Below are positions 16,660 to 26,447 of a stretch of 29,646 nucleotides of DNA, piece after piece (position 1 is the stretch's first letter; the number at the start of each line of letters is the position of its first letter). The translations under genes and the position numbers were made by a program. The stretch is taken from positions 1-29,646 of IMG/VR virus record IMGVR_UViG_3300030372_000255. One strand, written 5' to 3'. The notes below the pieces were generated by a model that saw only the letters and a program-made list of their open reading frames with translations, had not been told where the DNA came from and did no database searches. The stretch comes from a virus. Its lineage: Duplodnaviria; Caudoviricetes.

Positions 16660-17145
16660 TTAATCTGTATATAAATAATTTGTGCCACTACTTTCTGTGT
16701 GTGTAGTGTATTTAATCTGCTCCTGTCCTACTGTCTCTGATACATATAGTTTGCCCTCATGGACTTTGCCCTGCACTACTCCATTATTATTATTAACAGT
16801 TAATACCTCTGTCTCACTGTTAGGAGCATTAGTGTCATTTAATGCTGCTGTGCCTATCCATGCTACCTCAAAAACCTCATAAGTCCAGTATCCATAAGGC
16901 TTAAAATTTAAAGCACTACCAAAAAGACTGTCTGTAGTATTATGATGTATAACTGTATGGACATATCTATCATTTGTAGTAGTATCTGTAGCCACATAGT
17001 CTCCATAAACATATTTTACAGACTTAGTTAGATCATTAGTAAATTTAAACAAATACTCTATTTTACTTTGAGGTAAACTACTTATTTTGTTCTCACGTAA
17101 ACTGAGCCTAATATCTAATTGCTGTCCATAAACTACATGTATCAT
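16660..17145 (-). CDS. Virion structural protein (hypothetical)
   Basis: YLFKFTND...GYWTYEVFE...EGKLYV; preceded by the late promoter motif. Confidence 0.6.
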   Translation of the reverse strand: MIHVVYGQQLDIRLSLRENKISSLPQSKIEYLFKFTNDLTKSVKYVYGDYVATDTTTNDRYVHTVIHHNTTDSLFGSALNFKPYGYWTYEVFEVAWIGTAALNDTNAPNSETEVLTVNNNNGVVQGKVHEGKLYVSETVGQEQIKYTTHTESSGTNYLYTD

Positions 17146-17147
17146 AC

Positions 17148-17176
17148 TATATAATAGAAAATTAAGCTATTTATTT
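17148..17176 (-). promoter_or_regulatory. Putative late promoter, copy 3
   Basis: AAATA-N13-TCTATTATATA-GT-ATG. Confidence 0.7.
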
Positions 17177-17178
17177 TA

Positions 17179-17355
17179 TTATAGCTTTCCTCCTACTGCC
17201 TTATCTTTTTTAGGCTTAGACTTAGTAGTGTCTTTCTCAAAATAGTCTTGTAACTCTAATATCTCTACCTGATGAGGTCTTACTGTGTCTAGTAAAATAG
17301 CGTATCCTGCTGTGTTTACTGTGTGTCCTTTGTATTCTTTTTTAAGTTTATACAT
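17179..17355 (-). CDS. Small protein, 58 aa (not in track)
   Basis: MYKLKKEYKGHTVNTAGYAILLDTVRPHQVEILELQDYFEKDTTKSKPKKDKAVGGKL*; genome-typical codons. Confidence 0.65.
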   Translation of the reverse strand: MYKLKKEYKGHTVNTAGYAILLDTVRPHQVEILELQDYFEKDTTKSKPKKDKAVGGKL

Positions 17356-17380
17356 AATAATAGTTTTTTTGTAAATTTAT

Positions 17381-17410
17381 AAAAAAAAGAGGCAGCTATT
17401 GCCACCTCTT
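17381..17410 (-). terminator. Intrinsic terminator after tail tube gene
   Basis: AAGAGGTGGC-AATA-GCTGCCTCTT stem with two G-U pairs, running into T8. Confidence 0.85.
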
Positions 17411-17448
17411 CTCAAATATATTAACATTTGTGTCTTAACATTATACTA

Positions 17449-18000
17449 TTAAACAATAGTAGTTAATGTAAAGTTATCAAATGGAATACTAGAGTATTGT
17501 GATAATCTAAAACATGGAGCTGACTCGCTGCTAGAAAATGTAAGGTCGTATCCATTCATATCTCCAAATGCAGCACCTGATTGAGAAGTCCCTGCTGTTA
17601 GCTCACAGCCATTTTCTATCCCAAATGCCCATATTTCATTTTTATCATTTACAGTAGCATATAACTCTACAAAAATTATTAGTCTATTTTGTGCTAATAG
17701 TTTTATTTCGTTTCTGTCATCTAATGATAATTTGTGTAATTTAAGATTAATAGCACCATCATAAAATACAGTCCCATTTTCTACAGATGCATTTATAGTC
17801 TCTGTCATAGATGCCTGTCCCTTAGGGATTTGATATTTAAAGTAACCTGTGCTATAACCTCCTGCTCCTGCTATTTGTGTAACAGCTCCACTAGCTGTCG
17901 TAACAGTTAGGTCTCCATGCTGTGCAAAGTATATATTTCTTACTCCAGCCATGATGTCCTTACAGTCTAATCCTCTAGACTTTGTTAATTCGCATGCCAT
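17449..18000 (-). CDS. Major tail (tube) protein
   Basis: MAC.LT..R.LDCKD..AGV, ENGTVFY, GDMNGYDLTF motifs; 183 aa beta-rich. Confidence 0.7.
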   Translation of the reverse strand: MACELTKSRGLDCKDIMAGVRNIYFAQHGDLTVTTASGAVTQIAGAGGYSTGYFKYQIPKGQASMTETINASVENGTVFYDGAINLKLHKLSLDDRNEIKLLAQNRLIIFVELYATVNDKNEIWAFGIENGCELTAGTSQSGAAFGDMNGYDLTFSSSESAPCFRLSQYSSIPFDNFTLTTIV

Positions 18001-18031
18001 AAGTTATTGGTTTTTAATTAGTTATAGAGCT

Positions 18032-18051
18032 GGAGGGCTTTTACACCCTCC
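18032..18051 (-). other. Hairpin between capsid and tail tube genes (no U-tract)
   Basis: GGAGGGT-GTAAAA-GCCCTCC. Confidence 0.65.
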
Positions 18052-18072
18052 CTCTCCGTTTTATTTATTTTA

Positions 18073-18999
18073 TTAGTCTAATCTTACGATTTCTCCTCCC
18101 TGTGCGTGCTGCGTTCCTCCTGAAAACTTAGCTACTACACGAATATTAGCTGACCCATCTAAAACACTCATATCTAGCATTTTCAGCTCAACCTGATCCG
18201 AGATTAAATCTGTCCCAAAGAATAAATTACTCTTTTGTGCTGCACACATTTTGTCATCTACCATTCCTGGACATACTGCAATTTTTACTCCATTATACAT
18301 AGGCACAAAAGTGTCAGTCATAGAGTATAAGTTAGCAAATCCTTTATCTGCCATATTTTGGATGTATAATCTGTAAGATGCTGTAGACATGTAGATGTAT
18401 AAGTCTTCTTTAGAGTATACTGCTGCTGGTATAGCTGCTGTAATAATACCTAAGTTCTCATCTATATTTGTAGCATCAAAAGCAGTTCCTGCTCCACCTT
18501 GATTATTAGCCTCTATAATAGCACTGTCATTTTCAAAGTGACCATTACCTGCATGCATAAATCCTGTAAATTCTCCTGATCCTGTGTTAGCTCCATTCCA
18601 TATCTTAGTCTCTACATGGTCAGCAATAGTGTCTGATAAGTGAGACATAACAAATGCAGCAAAGTCAGCAGACATGTCAGAGTTATGAGCTCCTGCAGTC
18701 ATTTGAGCAGATTGGAAATCACTTAGTAAGTCATTTTTACATAAATCTACGTTAATCTGTAATAACTCAGGAAGTAAAACTCTTTCCTCCAACGTAAGCG
18801 TTCCTGCATCTGTAAAATCACATGATGCATCAGTAATCATACCTGTTGAGCTAGCCTTAGTTATATTTCTCTTGTATTTAATATTTTCTAATACTGTTAA
18901 AAACTCCAAAGACTTAGCTGCCTTTAAAGCACTCCCTATATACTGACCAGCGTGGTCTCCTGCATAATTAGAAGTAATTGGTGATGTGTTAAAACCCAT
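18073..18999 (-). CDS. Major capsid protein
   Basis: 308 aa directly after protease and scaffold; NIKYK, CDF, LCK, IWNG, NLFFGTDL motifs; strong A-rich start; 3' hairpin. Confidence 0.85.
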   Translation of the reverse strand: MGFNTSPITSNYAGDHAGQYIGSALKAAKSLEFLTVLENIKYKRNITKASSTGMITDASCDFTDAGTLTLEERVLLPELLQINVDLCKNDLLSDFQSAQMTAGAHNSDMSADFAAFVMSHLSDTIADHVETKIWNGANTGSGEFTGFMHAGNGHFENDSAIIEANNQGGAGTAFDATNIDENLGIITAAIPAAVYSKEDLYIYMSTASYRLYIQNMADKGFANLYSMTDTFVPMYNGVKIAVCPGMVDDKMCAAQKSNLFFGTDLISDQVELKMLDMSVLDGSANIRVVAKFSGGTQHAQGGEIVRLD

Positions 19000-19024
19000 T
19001 TTTTTTTGTTTTTTTAATTAATAA

Positions 19025-19732
19025 TTATTTTCTATTTTTTGCTAAATTTAAATTGTAGTAAAATCTATCTTTGCTAGACATTTTAGCTAAGTCTGCCTTA
19101 GATACCTCCTCTACTTTATTTATAGAAAATTTAGATAAACTAACAGGAGCATCTGCTGCTGTCTCTTCTAACTCTTCTAATCTTGTCTTTAATGTAGATA
19201 GCTCTTCTTTTAATACTACTGTAAGCTCTTTAAGTTGCTTATTCATAGCTACCTCTTCTATTTTTTCTTCTACAATAGCTACAGCTATCTCTGCAGCAGC
19301 CTCAGCTACCTCTGCAGTAACCTCATCTCCTGTAGCCTCATCTATTGCAGTTGCTATCTCATCAGTAGCCTGCACTACCTCATCTGTAATAACATCTTTT
19401 GCCTCAGTCTCTTCATACATTTTTTTATCTTTTTTCTCAGCATCTACCTCTTCTGATGCCTCTACCTCTTCTGTCTCTTCCTCTTCTGCTCCTACAGTTG
19501 CTACAGTGCCCTCAGTAGTAACAGTAAACTCAGTGCCATCCTCTACCTTATACTCTCCTACTGGAAGTGGCATAGTGCTGCCATCCTCAACTAAGATTTG
19601 AATGTCTACACCTGCTGCTAAGTCATCTGCAGAGCTAACTATAATAGTGCCATCCTCTAATTTGTTTTGATACTCTAGCTTAATCTCTGTAGATAAGCCT
19701 AGAGCATTTAAAATTTGTTTTTTAATGTCCAT
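19025..19732 (-). CDS. Capsid scaffolding protein
   Basis: Very acidic, coiled-coil C-terminal part, LEDGT/PLPVGEY repeats; between protease and capsid. Confidence 0.75.
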   Translation of the reverse strand: MDIKKQILNALGLSTEIKLEYQNKLEDGTIIVSSADDLAAGVDIQILVEDGSTMPLPVGEYKVEDGTEFTVTTEGTVATVGAEEEETEEVEASEEVDAEKKDKKMYEETEAKDVITDEVVQATDEIATAIDEATGDEVTAEVAEAAAEIAVAIVEEKIEEVAMNKQLKELTVVLKEELSTLKTRLEELEETAADAPVSLSKFSINKVEEVSKADLAKMSSKDRFYYNLNLAKNRK

Positions 19733-19770
19733 TATTTAATTTTATTTGTATTAATACTCTGTGTGTGTAA

Positions 19771-19799
19771 TATATAATAGAATAATTTTTGTGTTATTT
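19771..19799 (-). promoter_or_regulatory. Putative late promoter, copy 4
   Basis: AAATA-N13-TCTATTATATA, 38 nt upstream of the scaffold ATG. Confidence 0.7.
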
Positions 19800-20432
19800 G
19801 ATATTCAATATTTCTGCTAGTCCATTTAGTAACTCCTCCTCTGATAATTGCCTCTCCTCAGACATAGCCATCATCTTATCTACAAAATACCCCTCTATGC
19901 TTAATCCTCTAATTTCTCCCTCTTTTATTTTATTCCACATGTCTTTGTTTGTTATTTTCATTTTAACAAACCATGTGCCTACAGGCAAGTCAAATCCATA
20001 AGCCATAGACTTATCATATTTCTCATCCTCTTTTATCCAGCTCTCTACAGTTAATACTCCTGATACTCTTTCCTGATGTTGGTATGTAGCTTTGTGATGA
20101 TTATTATGTTTTAAATAATTTTCTGCAGCCTGCTTTACTGTCTCTTTGCTAAAAAACACATAAAAATCCTGGTCTTTTGCTGCATCATATCTATAAATAG
20201 ACTTATTAGGGATAAGGGCTGGACTGACTAACATCTGCTGCTCATCATCTATTTTAGCTAATGTTAAATTATTTTTAGCTTTGTTAAAATATACAAAGTC
20301 TACCTCTATAGCAGGGTCTGTTACTAAAGATATAGCATCAATAGCTAGCTCTTTATTTTCATCACTGATAACTAGCTCTGTTATTTTATAATACTTTTTT
20401 TTCTTTTTTTTCTTTTTTTTCTTAAAATCCAT
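19794..20432 (-). CDS. Prohead protease (XkdF-like serine protease domain)
   Basis: ISLVTDPAIE, PALIPNK, H, VESWI, GTWFV, W..IKEG...GLSIEG. Confidence 0.8.
   Translation of the reverse strand: MDFKKKKKKKKKKYYKITELVISDENKELAIDAISLVTDPAIEVDFVYFNKAKNNLTLAKIDDEQQMLVSPALIPNKSIYRYDAAKDQDFYVFFSKETVKQAAENYLKHNNHHKATYQHQERVSGVLTVESWIKEDEKYDKSMAYGFDLPVGTWFVKMKITNKDMWNKIKEGEIRGLSIEGYFVDKMMAMSEERQLSEEELLNGLAEILNIK
20394..20423. repeat. (CTTTTTTTT)x3+CTT tandem repeat encoding Lys10
   Basis: Minus strand (AAG AAA AAA)x3 AAG. Confidence 0.9.
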
Positions 20433-20449
20433 AATTAATGTTTTATAAT

Positions 20450-22615
20450 TTATAATGTAGACTCCTGTCTAATACCCTCTAATTGTTGCTGACTGTCTGT
20501 CATCTCATCTGTTACTACAAATGCCTTAACAGGCTTTTTATTAGGGTCTGCTCCTCCTAAACTAAATGACCCTGTAGTTGATGGCTTTGCTGGCTGTGGT
20601 CTAGCAGGGGGTGTAGAGCCTCCTCCTCCTCCTGCACCTCCTCCTACATCCTGTGCCATGATTTGCTTAACATTAGCTAGACCTGCTGCTATTGCTGCAG
20701 TAGCTGCTATACCTCCTAATACAGGCCCTACTATAGGTATGTTAGCCATAGAGCCAAATGCTGCTGTAGCGTTTTTATATGTGTCTATAATAGCCTGTGC
20801 TACTGCTATTTTCTTCTGTCTTTTTGCAACTTCTTTTTTCTTCTTTTCTGCATCCTTTTCTATCTTTTCTTTTTGTGCCTCTGTCAGTCCCTCTAATTTT
20901 AACTCATTCCTCTTTCTTTTATCTATCTCTGCTATCTCTGCATCCATGTTAGCAGAAAATGCTCCTAATGTCTGACTAAGTGTATCCATAACAGCATCTA
21001 CCTGACTCTGCAATAACTCTAAGTCCTGCGCTCTTTTTTCTTCTGCATATCTATCATCTATCTCTTTTAGCTGCCTAGTAAGCTCCTCCCTTAACATCTT
21101 TCTCTCATCATCTGTTAGCTTTTCATCCTCTAATAGTTTCTTAAAATGTAAGCCTACATCTCTTAACTCATTTTCTCTATCTGTTCTTTTAAGTCTATTT
21201 ATTTCTTCTATAGCTGCATCTGTCTCTTCATGTGTTTTGTCTGCAATTTCCTTTCTCCTTTCTTCTGCATCTTCCTCCTCTTTTTTATCTTTTGCCTTTT
21301 TATCATCTGCTATCTTTTTTACTCTGTTAGCCTCTATCTGATCATATTTCTCATTTATAGCATTTATAGTCTTTCTCTTAATTTCTTCATTAGTAATCTC
21401 TTCTGCCTTTCTTAATGCATCCTGCCTAGCAAACTCTATTTTTTTCTTATTTCTCTCGTCATCATCATGCTCCTCTAATAGTGTAAGCTCTTCCTGTAAT
21501 TTGCTTATGCTTTCTAATTGTTGTTTTTCTTTTTTAACTCTTTCTTTGTATGCCTGTGCTGCTTTCTCTCTGTCTCTTTCTGCTTGTTTTTCCTGCTCTA
21601 TTAAATCCTGCTGTGCCTCTATTAAGTCTTTTGTAGCCTCTTCTGCATCTACTAACTCCTCTATTCTTTTTGTAAATCCTGCTTGATCAAGTAAAAGTTG
21701 TATTTGTCTTTCATTTAAACCTAATTCAGCTAATGACTTTGCATATTTAGCAGCACCATCAGTAACTGAGTCTGTAGCAGCCTTATTAGTTTCTAATGCT
21801 TTATTAAGTCTTATTAACTCTTTCTCTGACTCTGTCTCTGCATTAGCTAATTGTCTATGAAAATCTGCATTTGATCTTAATGCCTCAGTTTGTTTTTTTA
21901 CACTTTCTGATGCTTTGTCTGCAGCAGCACTAAAATCTTGCTGAGACTCTGTGCCCTCATCTGTAGAGCCAAACCAGTCTCCTAAGACAGACACTAATGA
22001 CATAACTCCCATAACTATAGCTACTATAGGTATAGCTAACATGGCTACTCTTAATGCTATTGCTGCTGCTGTAGCTCCACCCTTAGCTACTGTCAGTGCT
22101 CCTAATGAGCCTGTCATAACAAAGTTAGCTGCACTAGATGCTAGAGCTGCTAGCCTACCCTTTCCACTAATAAGTATTGATAATTTTTCCTGTATAACTC
22201 TTTTTGCTGTAGCTGCCTGTAGTGCTGCCTCTGCTAACATTCTTACTCCCATAGCTATTGCTATAGCTCCCTGGACTCTAGTTTGTAACTCTTGCAGTGC
22301 CTCACTCTCTGTGCCGAATAGTGCCATAGCACCCTGACCTATTGCAAATCCTCCAGCAATTCCCTCTCCCATTTTTACAAATGCCTCTGCCTTTTGCTGT
22401 GCATCTAGACCCTCCATATTTCTCTCTAGGTCTTTTAACTGACCACTAGCCTCTGCTATACTCCTAGACAGCTCATTAAATTCCTCAGAGCCTATATCCT
22501 TTCCCTCTATTTCTTTACGCATGTCCTGGATTAGCTTTGTAAGCTCTCCTATATTTCTTGCAGGTCTTTTAGTGTCCACCACCATTGTAACCTTTGCTGT
22601 CGTTCCTTTTGCCAT
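20450..22615 (-). CDS. Tape measure protein
   Basis: 721 aa, Ala-rich hydrophobic segments, long charged coiled coil, IPIVGPVLG motif. Confidence 0.85.
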   Translation of the reverse strand: MAKGTTAKVTMVVDTKRPARNIGELTKLIQDMRKEIEGKDIGSEEFNELSRSIAEASGQLKDLERNMEGLDAQQKAEAFVKMGEGIAGGFAIGQGAMALFGTESEALQELQTRVQGAIAIAMGVRMLAEAALQAATAKRVIQEKLSILISGKGRLAALASSAANFVMTGSLGALTVAKGGATAAAIALRVAMLAIPIVAIVMGVMSLVSVLGDWFGSTDEGTESQQDFSAAADKASESVKKQTEALRSNADFHRQLANAETESEKELIRLNKALETNKAATDSVTDGAAKYAKSLAELGLNERQIQLLLDQAGFTKRIEELVDAEEATKDLIEAQQDLIEQEKQAERDREKAAQAYKERVKKEKQQLESISKLQEELTLLEEHDDDERNKKKIEFARQDALRKAEEITNEEIKRKTINAINEKYDQIEANRVKKIADDKKAKDKKEEEDAEERRKEIADKTHEETDAAIEEINRLKRTDRENELRDVGLHFKKLLEDEKLTDDERKMLREELTRQLKEIDDRYAEEKRAQDLELLQSQVDAVMDTLSQTLGAFSANMDAEIAEIDKRKRNELKLEGLTEAQKEKIEKDAEKKKKEVAKRQKKIAVAQAIIDTYKNATAAFGSMANIPIVGPVLGGIAATAAIAAGLANVKQIMAQDVGGGAGGGGGSTPPARPQPAKPSTTGSFSLGGADPNKKPVKAFVVTDEMTDSQQQLEGIRQESTL

Positions 22616-22618
22616 ATC

Positions 22619-23506
22619 TTAAATGTTTACTCTAGTTTTATTAGTATAAATTTTTACTACTGCATACCAGTTTACACTAACATTTGCAGTCCCTGCTATT
22701 TTTATTCTTAACAGACTATATGTAGATGTGTCTATACTTACTGTGCCTGTAGTGCCTGAGCTAGATGTAGTAGTAGTAGTGCCTGCATCAAAAGTATTGC
22801 TAATTTCACTATTACTACTAACTATACATGTGCCAGTTTGCACTAATGTTTTATGATGTCCTACTGTGCCACTGCTACCTCCTATGCATAGTCCTGATAA
22901 ATGTATTTCAAAAATATTAATACTAGAGGGAGGTAAATATATTTCTGCTGCTCTATCTGTGTCTCCTTGTATGACCATATTAATATCTCCTGATGTAGTC
23001 TGAGCTGCTGCTAATGAATATATAGACATTTGATTCATGCCATTTTTTAGTCCAGCACCATCTCCTTTGCCTCCTGCTATTACTACCTGTCCTGACTGTG
23101 ACACATGACCATAGCTACCTCCTATAATTGCAGAGTTATTTACATAAAACTCTTCTGCATCTGCATCATCATTAGGAGTCAAAGGTGCTATAGTATGACT
23201 CTCTCCTGTTACTAGACATCCATAGCTTTGCTGCACTGTATGATGACTACCATTAACTATAGTGCTATGTGCTACATTAGGCTCATTATTATGCCCATTA
23301 TCTATGTATGTATTTACATTCTTATTCTCCATTAATTCAGGAGATGGAGTAAAAGCACAACACACACCATCTATAAAATGATAACCATAAGCCTCACATG
23401 TAAACTGATTAGCTAACAGATCATCTCTAGTGCCATCAGTAAACAGCACAACTCCATTTTTTTTGACCTCATGTGGCTTTAATTTATGTCCTATTTTAAA
23501 TCGCAT
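22619..23506 (-). CDS. Tail-associated protein
   Basis: CEAYGY..C motif, Gly/Ser/Thr-rich beta repeats; in the tail cluster. Confidence 0.6.
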   Translation of the reverse strand: MRFKIGHKLKPHEVKKNGVVLFTDGTRDDLLANQFTCEAYGYHFIDGVCCAFTPSPELMENKNVNTYIDNGHNNEPNVAHSTIVNGSHHTVQQSYGCLVTGESHTIAPLTPNDDADAEEFYVNNSAIIGGSYGHVSQSGQVVIAGGKGDGAGLKNGMNQMSIYSLAAAQTTSGDINMVIQGDTDRAAEIYLPPSSINIFEIHLSGLCIGGSSGTVGHHKTLVQTGTCIVSSNSEISNTFDAGTTTTTSSSGTTGTVSIDTSTYSLLRIKIAGTANVSVNWYAVVKIYTNKTRVNI

Positions 23507-23507
23507 A

Positions 23508-26444
23508 TTATGGTATTCTAATTAATTCTATAGTAGACAGCTCTCCTGCTTTGTAGTCTATTTTATTTAATCTATACTCTCTGTTTTTTATAAAAATTTT
23601 GTCATAAAAATTTATTATACTCATCTCCTGTGGTGTCAATACACATCTAATTTTTACAGTCATAGTGTCACTGTGGTATAGCTCATCATAATATGGATTC
23701 CAGTATTCCTGATACAAATTTCTAGGTGTGCCTCCATACTCTATCATTTGCACAGAGCCAAAATTAAAGTCTCTCTGCTGTGCTGAGGTAGGATAGGCTG
23801 TAACGTGTCCAAATTGACAGAAATTATCTCTCTGCTCTCCTGTGACACCATTAAAACTAGGCATCCTGTATGTTTTTGGGTTAGGCAGTGCTGTTAAATT
23901 GTTAAAATTAGAATGGTCTCCACTAATATCATACAAAATTCTAGGTTTATTGTCAAATCCCTGTATGCTGCCATCTGATTTCTGATTAATAATTACAGGC
24001 ACATATAATTTATTTGTAAATCCATTAAATAGTGGCTTGCATAATGTAGGACTAAACACTTTTAATTTTATTTTTTGCTCTCCTGATGGTATAGATGCAT
24101 TTGTAGTGACCTCCATATTGCCAAATTTGTCTCCTGTAGCATCTGTATATACTGTAGTAGCATAGTCTTTGTTATCCTCTTTAAATTCCCAAAATACATT
24201 CTTTTTTAATTTTAGTGGTGTAAACTCCATCTCACTAACATCTACTTTCTCAGTAAAATCATGTGTCCTCTGTGTTATACCTGTAGTATTTGTGTTATCT
24301 ATAAAGATGTCATCATAAGGGTCTATCTTTAATTTTGTAGGGTCTGCCTTATCTTGTAAGACAATTAAATTAAACATAGTAAATAAATCTTTTAAAAACT
24401 CCCACTGCTTAATAGTGCCTCTCTTGTATAGTAAAATATCACTAGTCATAGTCCCTGGCACTACTGTTACATTCATAATAGTCCCTACATCTGTAGGATT
24501 ATTATGATCTCCCTGCCTTACATCATTAGGTGCTCCTCCCTGTGAACCATTAGGCTGCTGTTTATTAAATGCTAGCCTTATTTTTTCTCCTGCATTAGCT
24601 GCAAATGTAGCACTGTTAGAGGTAGTAGTCACTGTAGACACAGAGCCTGGAGTTATACCATAGTCAAAAGACTCATACTGTATAAAGTTATTACTAGCAT
24701 CATACCTAAGTAAGGCTATATGCCATCTATCTGCTACACTACCATTATTATTATTTGTGACTTTTACCTCATACTCTATAGTATATCTTAGATTATCACT
24801 AGGCACTACAAACTCACTGTCTGTATTATTCCATCCAAACTCTTCTAGACCCTGTGTGCCTGCAGTAAATTCTAAATTAACCCATGTGTTAGCAGGATTT
24901 GCTCTATTTACTGCAGCAGCATCATTAGGCACATAGCTTGCCTCTATAGTGCTACCAAAATTGCCAGGAGTCACTTTAGAACCCCAGTTAAAATCCATGT
25001 ATAGTCTTAAAAAATCAGGATTCTTAGCTACATTAGCAGGCAGTCCCTGTGGATTTGCATAGTTTCCTGTGCCCTCCATAAAGTCAGACTGGTATGTAAA
25101 TCCTGCCTCATGTATTATCCTATCTACTAGATACTTAACTTTTATCCATGGTCTAAATGCATTACACATGTGATTAAGCTCAGGAAAACCATGCTGTGAT
25201 CCTCCCTGCTCCTGACTGATATCTCCATTCCACTGCACAAAAGGGTATTTTAATACATTAGTCTCTGTGTCTCCTGCTACTGCATCTGCTAGTCTAGTAG
25301 TTAAAAAACCTGTGTAATTTGCAGGCACAGTAGTGCTAAGAGGTAGCTGACCAATCCAGCTATTTTTTATCTCTACCTTTGTCCAGTTATGCTCTAGCTC
25401 TGATAGACCAGGCCCTCCTCCTGTAGCACCCCCATCAAAATCATTAAATGTTTTATTCCCTAATGCAGTTTTTAAAGACACTGCTGTAGAGAATAGATTT
25501 ACATTATATGTAATCTCATCATTTTTTTTCTTAATATCTATAAGTCTTAAATGTCCTTCAAATATTATATTCCCATCTTCTTTAAGTGCTGCTCTAGTAG
25601 TTAGGTATGGATTAAATGTATGTGCGTTCTGATGTGCACTTGTAGTAACATCAAAAATATTAGTAAAAATCTTATTATTATGTTTAGTAGCTGGCAAATT
25701 AAATGCCTTAGAAAATGACTGAGGTTTCTCTGCTATTTTTTTAAAATCATCTATACTAAGTGTCATAGGTATAGGACTATGATCATATAGGTCTACATTA
25801 ACCTGTCCATCATCTACATTAGTAATAATAGGAGTAGCCTGTATTAATTGAGTGTGTGCAATTTTTGTAGACTGTGTAGTAGAGCCATCTCCCTGCACAC
25901 TAAACATAATAGTGTGCTCTGTAGCAGTTGCTGTAAATTGGACACTATACTGCACAAATCCTAGTCCAAATGATGCATTTGTATTAGTAAAAATATCTGT
26001 CTGATTAACTGTAACACCATTATTAAGTGTAAAAGTAAAAGGCTCTGATGGTATGCCTATAGTAAATGTGCCTGCAGCTTGCTGTATAATATAAACATAA
26101 ATTACATAACTAGCTCCTGGTATTAAGTTTTGTGCTAATTGATAACATCCTGATATACCATCTCCTGCAGTATTTAATGACAGTAAACCATTAGTTATAC
26201 TAGGAGCTGTTACATTTGCTAATGTAGTGCCATCTGTTTTAAAACTAGCCCAGTTAGATGTAGGATTAAAATCATTAAGTGCCTCTACTCTAGGATTTGT
26301 AGTTTGCACAGTTTGCACTAGACTAGAAAAATTATTAGATGATGTAAATCCAGGGTCTGCTAGTAAATTAGTGTAAGATATATACTGGTCAAAAGTATAA
26401 ACTCCCTCATTTTGCTGTGGATATAGTGTTAGCTGTATGCTCAT
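23508..26444 (-). CDS. Large tail tip/hub protein with inserted carbohydrate-binding-like domains
   Basis: 978 aa; SFSKAFNLPAT..NN.IF, FLKDLFTMFNL, YRLNKIDY....TIELI motifs. Confidence 0.7.
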   Translation of the reverse strand: MSIQLTLYPQQNEGVYTFDQYISYTNLLADPGFTSSNNFSSLVQTVQTTNPRVEALNDFNPTSNWASFKTDGTTLANVTAPSITNGLLSLNTAGDGISGCYQLAQNLIPGASYVIYVYIIQQAAGTFTIGIPSEPFTFTLNNGVTVNQTDIFTNTNASFGLGFVQYSVQFTATATEHTIMFSVQGDGSTTQSTKIAHTQLIQATPIITNVDDGQVNVDLYDHSPIPMTLSIDDFKKIAEKPQSFSKAFNLPATKHNNKIFTNIFDVTTSAHQNAHTFNPYLTTRAALKEDGNIIFEGHLRLIDIKKKNDEITYNVNLFSTAVSLKTALGNKTFNDFDGGATGGGPGLSELEHNWTKVEIKNSWIGQLPLSTTVPANYTGFLTTRLADAVAGDTETNVLKYPFVQWNGDISQEQGGSQHGFPELNHMCNAFRPWIKVKYLVDRIIHEAGFTYQSDFMEGTGNYANPQGLPANVAKNPDFLRLYMDFNWGSKVTPGNFGSTIEASYVPNDAAAVNRANPANTWVNLEFTAGTQGLEEFGWNNTDSEFVVPSDNLRYTIEYEVKVTNNNNGSVADRWHIALLRYDASNNFIQYESFDYGITPGSVSTVTTTSNSATFAANAGEKIRLAFNKQQPNGSQGGAPNDVRQGDHNNPTDVGTIMNVTVVPGTMTSDILLYKRGTIKQWEFLKDLFTMFNLIVLQDKADPTKLKIDPYDDIFIDNTNTTGITQRTHDFTEKVDVSEMEFTPLKLKKNVFWEFKEDNKDYATTVYTDATGDKFGNMEVTTNASIPSGEQKIKLKVFSPTLCKPLFNGFTNKLYVPVIINQKSDGSIQGFDNKPRILYDISGDHSNFNNLTALPNPKTYRMPSFNGVTGEQRDNFCQFGHVTAYPTSAQQRDFNFGSVQMIEYGGTPRNLYQEYWNPYYDELYHSDTMTVKIRCVLTPQEMSIINFYDKIFIKNREYRLNKIDYKAGELSTIELIRIP

Positions 26445-26447
26445 TTT

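Noticed and set aside
17440-17460. Read-through or frameshift extension of the tail tube protein
   Set aside because: Tandem TAA TAG stops followed by a terminator; no slippery site seen
20600-20650. (CCT)n repeat near the tape measure 3' end
   Set aside because: Simply encodes a Gly linker (GGA codons)
11325-23485. Shared N-terminal LKPHE[IV]K in the phosphoesterase and the 295 aa tail protein
   Set aside because: Only two instances in unrelated folds with no further similarity; chance cannot be excluded
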